Source: Agrococcus sp.
GTDB lineage: Bacteria; Actinomycetota; Actinomycetes; Actinomycetales; Microbacteriaceae
Length of the DNA: 64,000 nucleotides
Direction of reading: 5' to 3'
Assembly: GCA_031179215.1 (NCBI GenBank)
Contig: JAPSIA010000001.1
Location: 15,829 to 79,828, forward strand
The notes below the pieces were generated by a model. That model was not told the DNA's origin. It saw only the letters and a program-made list of their open reading frames with translations, and ran no database searches. The position numbers were made by a program, and so were the translations under genes. Positions 57,940 to 64,000 of this stretch are shown piece by piece. Every line of letters begins with the position of its first letter. The first letter of the stretch is position 1.

Positions 57940-59172
57940 TCAGCACGCACGGACGTCGAGCCGCAGGCCCTGCGCACGGAGCCGCGCGACGAGCACCTCG
58001 CCCAGCGCGACGGCGGGCGTGAGCACGCCGGCCTCGCTGCTGCACCGCTCCTCGTCGAGCGCGAGCGCGAGCGCCGCCTGCCCGAGCATGACGGCCGTCG
58101 CGGCATAGCCGGGATCGCCCTCCCCCGCCACGGTCGCCGCGTAGCGCGCGCCGCGCTCGGTGCGCGTCGTGGTCTCGAGCTCGAACGATCCCGCCGCCCG
58201 GCGCTCCGCCGAGGGCCCCTCCCCTGGGGAGGGCAGCACCGCGTCGAGCGCGCGGCGGACGCCCGGGGTCGCCATCGCGGCCGAGAGCGCGCGGGTGCCG
58301 CCCGCGATCGCCGCCGCCCGGAGCCGCCCGCCCGCGCCCGTGCCCGTCGGCACGACCTCGCGATAGCGGAACCGGTCGCCGTACGCGCCGCCGAGCAGCG
58401 CGTGCGAGCGCCGCACGAGCCGCGCGTTGTACCCGGCCATGATGAAGGGGGCGCTCCACTCCCCCGTCTCGGCGTCGCGGAAGGGGCGCGGAAGATCCGA
58501 CTGCCCCGCGGCGATGCGCGCGCTCGCCGCGCCGGTGCCGATCGTGAGCGCGGCCGGGTCCTCGAGCACCGCGGCGAGCGCGGGCTCTTCGCGCACGCGC
58601 TCGAGCTGCGCCCGCAGCGAGTCGATCGTGCCGCCGCTCACGCCGCCCGAGAGGCGCCGCACGCGCAGGGTCGTGTCGGTGAGCGCGCCGGCGCCGTCGG
58701 CGAGCGCGCGCCGGTGCAGCAGGTGCACCGCGAGGTCGGAGGGCACGGAGTCGAAGCCGCACGAGACGACGATGCGCGCGCCCGTCTGCCGCGCCCGAGC
58801 GTGGCTGCGCTCGATCGCCTCGCGCACGAAGAGCACCTCGCCCGTGAGGTCGGCGTAGTGCGTGGCCTCGGCCGCGCACGCGTCGACGAGCGGGGTGCCG
58901 TAGCGCAGGTACGGGCCGACCGTGCTCGCGATGGCGCGCGACCGGCCGGCGAGCGCGGCGAGGCTCGCCGGGTCGCCGCTGTCGGCGACGACGAGCGGCC
59001 AGTCGGCGGCTGCGGCCGGCAGCGAGGCGCGCACGCGCTCGAGGCGGTCGCGGGACCTGCCCGCGAGCGCGATCCGGGCTCCGTCGGGCGCGGCGCGGGC
59101 GACGTGGGCGGCGGTGAGCCGGCCGACGAAGCCCGTCGCCCCGAAGAGGATGAGGTCGAGGTCGCGAGCCAT
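57940..59172 (-). CDS. Saccharopine dehydrogenase-like / trans-acting enoyl reductase family
   Basis: LFGATGFVG, LAGR, TVGPY, YADLTGE, CGFDSVPSD, SGGT, DPGY, GVLTPA. Confidence 0.88.
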   Translation of the reverse strand: MARDLDLILFGATGFVGRLTAAHVARAAPDGARIALAGRSRDRLERVRASLPAAAADWPLVVADSGDPASLAALAGRSRAIASTVGPYLRYGTPLVDACAAEATHYADLTGEVLFVREAIERSHARARQTGARIVVSCGFDSVPSDLAVHLLHRRALADGAGALTDTTLRVRRLSGGVSGGTIDSLRAQLERVREEPALAAVLEDPAALTIGTGAASARIAAGQSDLPRPFRDAETGEWSAPFIMAGYNARLVRRSHALLGGAYGDRFRYREVVPTGTGAGGRLRAAAIAGGTRALSAAMATPGVRRALDAVLPSPGEGPSAERRAAGSFELETTTRTERGARYAATVAGEGDPGYAATAVMLGQAALALALDEERCSSEAGVLTPAVALGEVLVARLRAQGLRLDVRAC

Positions 59173-59337
59173 CTCGTCATCGTCTCCCACCGCGCTCGCG
59201 AGCGCTCCCAGCATGCTGCCGAGCCGCTCCGGTGCCCGGCCCGGATCGCTCAGCCTCGGCACGCGGCGCCGGGCTACGCTCGCGAGCAGGGCGCTCGCCG
59301 CCGCGACGGCGCCTCCCGCTCGAGATCGGAGCCGACC

Positions 59338-59829
59338 ATGACCGCCACCCGCACCCCGCTCGTCGCGCTGCTCGCCGCCGCCGCGCTCGCGCTCTCCGGC
59401 TGCGCCGGCGGCGCGTCGCAAGCGCCCGGTGCCGGCGAGCCCAGCCAGAGCGCGCCCGGCCAGAGCGCGCCCGACCAGAGCGACGCGCCGCTCGCGACGG
59501 GCGGCGACTCGGCCGCGCCCGCCGCGGGCGCCGCCCTGACCGGCATGGTCGGCACGGCCGACGACCCGGAGGCGTACGAGATCGCGCTGCTCGACGAGAC
59601 GGGGGCTCCCGTCACGACGCTGCCGGCGGGCGAGTACACCCTCACGTTCGCCGACCGCTCGCGCATGCACAACTTCCGCCTGACCGGTCCCGGCGGCGTC
59701 GACGTCGCCACCGACGTCGCGGGCAGCGACGAGTCGACCATCGAGGTCACGCTCGAGCCCGGCACCTACACGTTCGTCTGCGACCCGCATCCCGGCTCGA
59801 TGCAGGGCGAGGTCGAGGTCACCGGCTGA
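59338..59829 (+). CDS. Cupredoxin (type-1 copper) lipoprotein
   Basis: Lipobox LSGC; HN and C-x2-H-x3-M (CDPHPGSM) ligands; PGTY.F.C. Confidence 0.82.
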   Translation: MTATRTPLVALLAAAALALSGCAGGASQAPGAGEPSQSAPGQSAPDQSDAPLATGGDSAAPAAGAALTGMVGTADDPEAYEIALLDETGAPVTTLPAGEYTLTFADRSRMHNFRLTGPGGVDVATDVAGSDESTIEVTLEPGTYTFVCDPHPGSMQGEVEVTG

Positions 59830-59831
59830 GC

Positions 59832-61148
59832 TCAGCCGAGCACGACCTCGAGCACGGCCCACCCGCGCGCCGGCAGCGTCACCCGCCCCTCGGCGAGCTC
59901 GCCCTTCCCCGCGACGACCGCCGAGGCATCCGCCGCCGGCACCGCGACGGGCTCGTCGTCGAGGTTGAGCGCCGTCACGAGGCCGGCCTCTCCGGTTGCG
60001 GTGCGCAGCACGATCGCCCGGTTGGCGACGTGCACCGCGTCGGTGCGCGCGGTCGTGAGCCACGGGTTGCGACGGCGCAGCGCGAGCAGCTCGCGGTGCA
60101 GGTCGAGCGTGCGCCGAGCGGTTGCGTCGAGGGCGTCGCGCGCGGGCGGCGCGTCGGGGAGCTCCGGCCGGATGGCGTCGTCGCCGCCGAGCCGCTCCTC
60201 CTTGATCGCCTGCCAGCCGTACTCGTCGCCGGCGTAGATCGCGGGCGTGCCGGCGACGGTGCAGAGCACGGCGAGCGCGTGCGGCACGAGATCGGGGCCG
60301 ACGGCCGAGGCGATGCGCGTCACGTCGTGGTTGCCGAGGAAGGTCGCCGGCACGAACGCGCGCAGCAGCTCGTTGCCGCGCTCGATCGCGTGGGCGAGCT
60401 CGAAGAGGTTGCGGTCGGCGATGCCGTGCCAGATGCCCTGCCACAGCTCGTACTGCGTGACGGCGTCGATGCTCGAGGCCCGGACGATCGCTGCGTAGTC
60501 GCCGTGGATGACCTCGCCGAGGAACCACGCGTCGGGATGGTGCTCGCGCACGCGCGCGAGGACGCGCGCCCAGAACTCCGGCGCGACGGCGTAGGCCGCG
60601 TCGAGCCGCCAGCCGTCGGCGCCGCGGCTGAGCCAGTGGCGCATGACGTCGACGACGAGATCCTCGACCGCCCGGGAGTCGTGATCGAGCTCGACGAGCG
60701 CCCCGTGCCCCTCGAAGACCGTCGGCTCGCCGTCGGCGCCGAGCCGGAACAGCGCCGCCTCGGGCGCGCCGGGATCCGCGCGCGCGGCGACGAAGGCGGG
60801 GTGCTCGCGGCCGACGTGGTTGAAGACGCCGTCGAGCAGCACCCGAATGCCGCGCTCCCGGGCGCGCGCGACGAGCCGGTCGAAGTCGGCGTCGTCGCCG
60901 AGCCTCGGGTCGATGCGGAAGTGGTCGATCGTGTCGTAGCCGTGCGTGCTGCTCGCGAAGATCGGGCCGAGCAGGATGCCGTTGAGGCCGAGCTCGACGA
61001 CGTGGTCGAGCCACGCCTCCAGGCGCGGGAGCCGGTGCACGACGCCTGGCTCCCGAGGCTCGCGGATGGGCGCGCCCGTGGACCCGAGCGGATAGACGTG
61101 CCACCACATCGCGCTGCTGCTCCAGTGGTTCGCGTGCTGCTGCTCCAT
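59832..61148 (-). CDS. GH13 alpha-amylase family glycoside hydrolase (cytoplasmic)
   Basis: HGYDT, DGVFNH, GWRLDAA, GEV, GNHD, IYAGDE. Confidence 0.9.
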   Translation of the reverse strand: MEQQHANHWSSSAMWWHVYPLGSTGAPIREPREPGVVHRLPRLEAWLDHVVELGLNGILLGPIFASSTHGYDTIDHFRIDPRLGDDADFDRLVARARERGIRVLLDGVFNHVGREHPAFVAARADPGAPEAALFRLGADGEPTVFEGHGALVELDHDSRAVEDLVVDVMRHWLSRGADGWRLDAAYAVAPEFWARVLARVREHHPDAWFLGEVIHGDYAAIVRASSIDAVTQYELWQGIWHGIADRNLFELAHAIERGNELLRAFVPATFLGNHDVTRIASAVGPDLVPHALAVLCTVAGTPAIYAGDEYGWQAIKEERLGGDDAIRPELPDAPPARDALDATARRTLDLHRELLALRRRNPWLTTARTDAVHVANRAIVLRTATGEAGLVTALNLDDEPVAVPAADASAVVAGKGELAEGRVTLPARGWAVLEVVLG

Positions 61149-61207
61149 GGACGCCATCCTGCCGCGCGGCGCTGGGCGGACGCTCCGGCGGGCAGCAGAC
61201 TGGTCGC

Positions 61208-61726
61208 GTGACGACGCGACTGCTCCTGCTGAGCGACACCCACGTGCCCGCCCGCGCGAAGGCGCTGCAGGAGCAGGTGTGGCGGCTCGTCGACGAGGCG
61301 GACGTCGTCATCCACGCCGGCGACTGGGTGAGCCCCGCGCTGCTCGACGAGCTCGCCGCCCGCTCGCGCCGGCTCGTGGGCGTGGCGGGCAACAACGACG
61401 GCCCCGAGCTGTGGGAGCGGCTCGGCGGGCTCGCCCGCGTCGAGGTCGCGGGCGTGCGCATCGCCGTCGTGCACGAGACGGGCGCGGCCGCGGGCAGGGA
61501 GCGGCGCGCCGACGAGCGCTTCGGTCCCGGCTGCGAGGCGCCCGCCGACGTGCTCGTGTTCGGCCACTCCCACATCCCCTGGGACACCACGACGCCCTCG
61601 GGGCTCCGGCTCCTCAACCCCGGCTCCCCCACCGATCGCCGCCGCCAGCCGGTCGGCACGGTCATGACCGCGCGGGTCTCGCACGGGGCGCTCCACGCGG
61701 TGACGCTCGTGCCGACGCCGCGCTGA
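61208..61726 (+). CDS. YfcE/MJ0936 family metallophosphoesterase
   Basis: SDTH, HAGD, GNND, GHSH, NPGS. Confidence 0.9.
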   Translation: MTTRLLLLSDTHVPARAKALQEQVWRLVDEADVVIHAGDWVSPALLDELAARSRRLVGVAGNNDGPELWERLGGLARVEVAGVRIAVVHETGAAAGRERRADERFGPGCEAPADVLVFGHSHIPWDTTTPSGLRLLNPGSPTDRRRQPVGTVMTARVSHGALHAVTLVPTPR

Positions 61727-61839
61727 GCCGCGTCGCGCGCGCGGCGCCGGGGCGCCTCGACGTCCAGCAGACGCGCATCCTCGGGCAGTAGCGTCGTGGG
61801 GTACGGCGCAGCGGGTGCGCGCGAGAGTCGGAGGACGCC

Positions 61840-63327
61840 ATGCCGGGAGTGGACCCGCTCGAGCCGGGCAGCCTGCTGGCCGGGCGCTACCGCGTCGGGC
61901 CCCTGCTCGGCACCGGCGGGATGTCGTTCGTGCACCGCGCGATCGACGAGACCCTCGGGCGTCCGGTCGCGGTGAAGGTGCTCGTCCACGGCACGACGGA
62001 TGCTGCCGAGGAGGCTCGCGTGCGCGGGGAGATCGACCTGCTCGCGACCCTCAGCCATCGAGCCCTCGTCACCCTGTTCGACGCCGGGAGCGCCGTGCTC
62101 GACGGGCGGCCCCTCATCTACCTCGTGATGGAGCTCGTCGACGGGCCCACGCTCGCCGCGCGGAACGCGCACGGTCCGATCGCGGCGCACGACCTCGCGC
62201 GCATGGCGCAGGATCTCGCGGAGGCGCTCGCGGTCGTGCACGCGCGAGGCGTCGTCCATCGCGACGTCAAGCCCGCGAACGTGCTGCTCGCGCCCGCGCC
62301 GCTCGGCGCTCGCGAGTTCGACGCGAAGCTCGCCGACTTCGGGATCGCGTCGCTCGTCGACGGCACGCGGCTCACCGCGACCGGCACGGTGCTCGGCACC
62401 GCCGCGTACCTCAGCCCCGAGCAGGCCGTCGGCGAGCGCGTCGGATCGTCGTCGGACATCTACTCGCTCGGGCTCGTGCTGCTCGAGGCGATCACCGGCC
62501 GCCGCGAGTACCCCGGCCCCCTCATCGAGTCGCTGAGCGCGCGGCAGCTGCGCGACCCCGTCGTGCCCGGGTCGATCGGCTACCGCTGGAAGTCGCTGCT
62601 GACGGCGATGACGGCTCGCGACCCGAGCGCTCGCCCGACCGCCGCAGAGGTGCTCGAGCGACTGGCCGAGCCGACGGGCGGGCTCGCGCTCCCGGTGCTC
62701 GCCGGGGCGCGCATCCCCGACGCCGTCCCCACCGAGGCGCTCGCGCGCGGGACGAGGCTCAGCGCCGCCACCATGGCGGCTCCCGCGGGTGCGGCGACCG
62801 CCGTGCTGCCGGGGGCACGCCCTGCCGCGCCGCGCCGCCGGCGGCGCCTGGCATGGATCGGGGCGGGCGCTGCCGGCCTCGGCGCGCTCGCCGCCGTGCT
62901 CGCCATCGCCGTCGCGACCGCGCTCCAGCCCGTGCCGGAGGCGGTGCCGACCGAGCAGCCGCTCGTGGCCGAGAGCCCCGAGCCGTCGCTCGAGCCGGCC
63001 CCGACCGAGGTCGCGGCGCCCATCGCTCCGGCGCAGGTGCCCGCACCCGCGGAGGAGGCCGCGACCGACGCGGGGCAGCTCGTCTCCGAGGAGCAGCCGG
63101 CCGGCCAGACCACGGGCGGCGGCGGGAGCGGCGCGGGCGGCAACGGCGGCGGCGCCGGCAGCGGGAACGGCAGCGGCTCGGGCAGCGGCAACGGTGGCGG
63201 CTCGGGCAACAGCGGCGGTGGCGGCGCGGGCAGCGGCAACGGTGGCGGTGCGGGCAGCGGCAACGGCGGCGGCGCGGGCAGCGGCGGCAACGGCGGCGGG
63301 AACGGCAACGGGGGCGGCAACGGCTGA
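61840..63327 (+). CDS. Hanks-type Ser/Thr protein kinase with TM helix and Gly/Asn/Ser-rich tail
   Basis: LGTGGMS, VAVK, HRDVKPAN, DFG, YLSPEQ, DIYSLG; GGAGG RBS. Confidence 0.92.
   Translation: MPGVDPLEPGSLLAGRYRVGPLLGTGGMSFVHRAIDETLGRPVAVKVLVHGTTDAAEEARVRGEIDLLATLSHRALVTLFDAGSAVLDGRPLIYLVMELVDGPTLAARNAHGPIAAHDLARMAQDLAEALAVVHARGVVHRDVKPANVLLAPAPLGAREFDAKLADFGIASLVDGTRLTATGTVLGTAAYLSPEQAVGERVGSSSDIYSLGLVLLEAITGRREYPGPLIESLSARQLRDPVVPGSIGYRWKSLLTAMTARDPSARPTAAEVLERLAEPTGGLALPVLAGARIPDAVPTEALARGTRLSAATMAAPAGAATAVLPGARPAAPRRRRRLAWIGAGAAGLGALAAVLAIAVATALQPVPEAVPTEQPLVAESPEPSLEPAPTEVAAPIAPAQVPAPAEEAATDAGQLVSEEQPAGQTTGGGGSGAGGNGGGAGSGNGSGSGSGNGGGSGNSGGGGAGSGNGGGAGSGNGGGAGSGGNGGGNGNGGGNG
63111..63324 (+). 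repeat. Coding low-complexity repeat, (GGGAGSGN)n-like
   Basis: Repeated GGCAGCGGCAACGGCGGC-like units in the kinase 3' end. Confidence 0.85.
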
Positions 63328-63382
63328 CGCCGCGCGGCACCGGCACCCTCGCTTCGCAGCGTCGCGGCCCTAGGATCGGGGG

Positions 63383-63505
63383 ATGGTCTCCATCCCCCTC
63401 GTCGCGCTCGAGCTCTTCTACCTCGGCCTGCTCGGCCTCGCCCTCATCGCGATCCTCGGCGTCTCCTACGTCGTGATCCGCAACCTCTTCCGCGGCCAGC
63501 GCTGA
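63383..63505 (+). CDS. 40-aa single-pass membrane microprotein (not in the ORF track)
   Basis: MVSIPLVALELFYLGLLGLALIAILGVSYVVIRNLFRGQR; nearly all third positions G/C; TAGGAT -10 six nt before ATG. Confidence 0.75.
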   Translation: MVSIPLVALELFYLGLLGLALIAILGVSYVVIRNLFRGQR

Positions 63506-63524
63506 GCCGCGGCGGGCGCGCGCG

Positions 63525-63947
63525 TCAGCGCCTCGCCTCCCCCTGCACGGTGCGGGTCATGCCGAGCGGGTCGTCGACCGCCGCCTCGAAGCCGAGCGAC
63601 TCGTAGACGCCCACGGCCTCCGGGCTCGCGAAGAGCCCGACCACCGCCTCCGCGGGAGCGTGCGCGCGCACCCACGCGAGCAGGCGCTCGACGATCCCGG
63701 TCGCGATGCCCTCGCCCGCTTCGTCGGGCCGCACCATGACGTCCTGCACGTACCAGTAGCGCACGCCGTCGCCCACGAGCCGGCCGACGCCGACCGGGCC
63801 CTCGTCATCGATCGCGACCACCCCGTGGCGCGAGCCCGCGAGCGCGTCGCCGAGGCTCGACCAGTCGAAGTGGTCGAGCCAGCCGACCGCGGCGGCGAGG
63901 GACCGCTGCTCGTCGACGGTGGGGATCCGCTCGTGCCACGTCACCAT
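63525..63947 (-). CDS. GNAT family N-acetyltransferase
   Basis: VG.GR..GDG, DVMVRP...G.GIA, YESLGF; TAGGGT -10 six nt before ATG. Confidence 0.88.
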   Translation of the reverse strand: MVTWHERIPTVDEQRSLAAAVGWLDHFDWSSLGDALAGSRHGVVAIDDEGPVGVGRLVGDGVRYWYVQDVMVRPDEAGEGIATGIVERLLAWVRAHAPAEAVVGLFASPEAVGVYESLGFEAAVDDPLGMTRTVQGEARR

Positions 63948-64000
63948 GGCGGCACCCTACCCGCGGCGCCTGCGCGCCGGCGCGCATCCGCTCAGGGCCC

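Noticed and set aside
57940-62259. 1439-aa ORF, and other very long ORFs such as 46742-49945, 18753-21509 and 11186-13633
   Set aside because: Stop-poor high-GC shadow extensions; only the C-terminal parts carry real protein motifs, so starts were trimmed
62580-63320. Proline-rich ORF on the minus strand
   Set aside because: Antisense shadow of the Gly-rich kinase tail

Overview
Very GC-rich actinobacterial chromosomal DNA. Gene content and order suggest Microbacteriaceae, possibly Agrococcus-like; this is inference. The window is mostly core genome: bioY, ABC-F, SURF1/fabG/serB, glgC/glgM, type B rpmE, dinB, tRNA-Leu(GAG), uppP-mshC, and the PAC2-trmI-fkbP-pafBC-tatAC-helY-lnt-ppm1 locus. 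A more variable stretch follows at about 45-64 kb. I saw no integrase, transposase, prophage, CRISPR-Cas or recognisable defence system. Main observations: (1) a 28-bp dif (XerCD) site at 52489-52516, suggesting the replication terminus; (2) PafBC-type (RecA-NDp) promoter motifs upstream of dinB and a DnaQ-like exonuclease, while the Pup-proteasome genes are missing from their usual slot; (3) a translationally coupled DAG-kinase-like and App1-like phosphatidate phosphatase pair; (4) an SDR with a FabI/FabL-type Y-x6-K motif, a candidate non-canonical enoyl-ACP reductase; (5) an orphan SdhA/FrdA-type flavoprotein with LysR, MpaB-like oxygenase and nitroreductase neighbours; (6) two families of palindromic intergenic repeats (53 bp and 80 bp); (7) an unlisted 40-aa membrane microprotein; (8) pervasive leaderless promoters. 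All functional calls come from motif recognition by eye, with no database searches.
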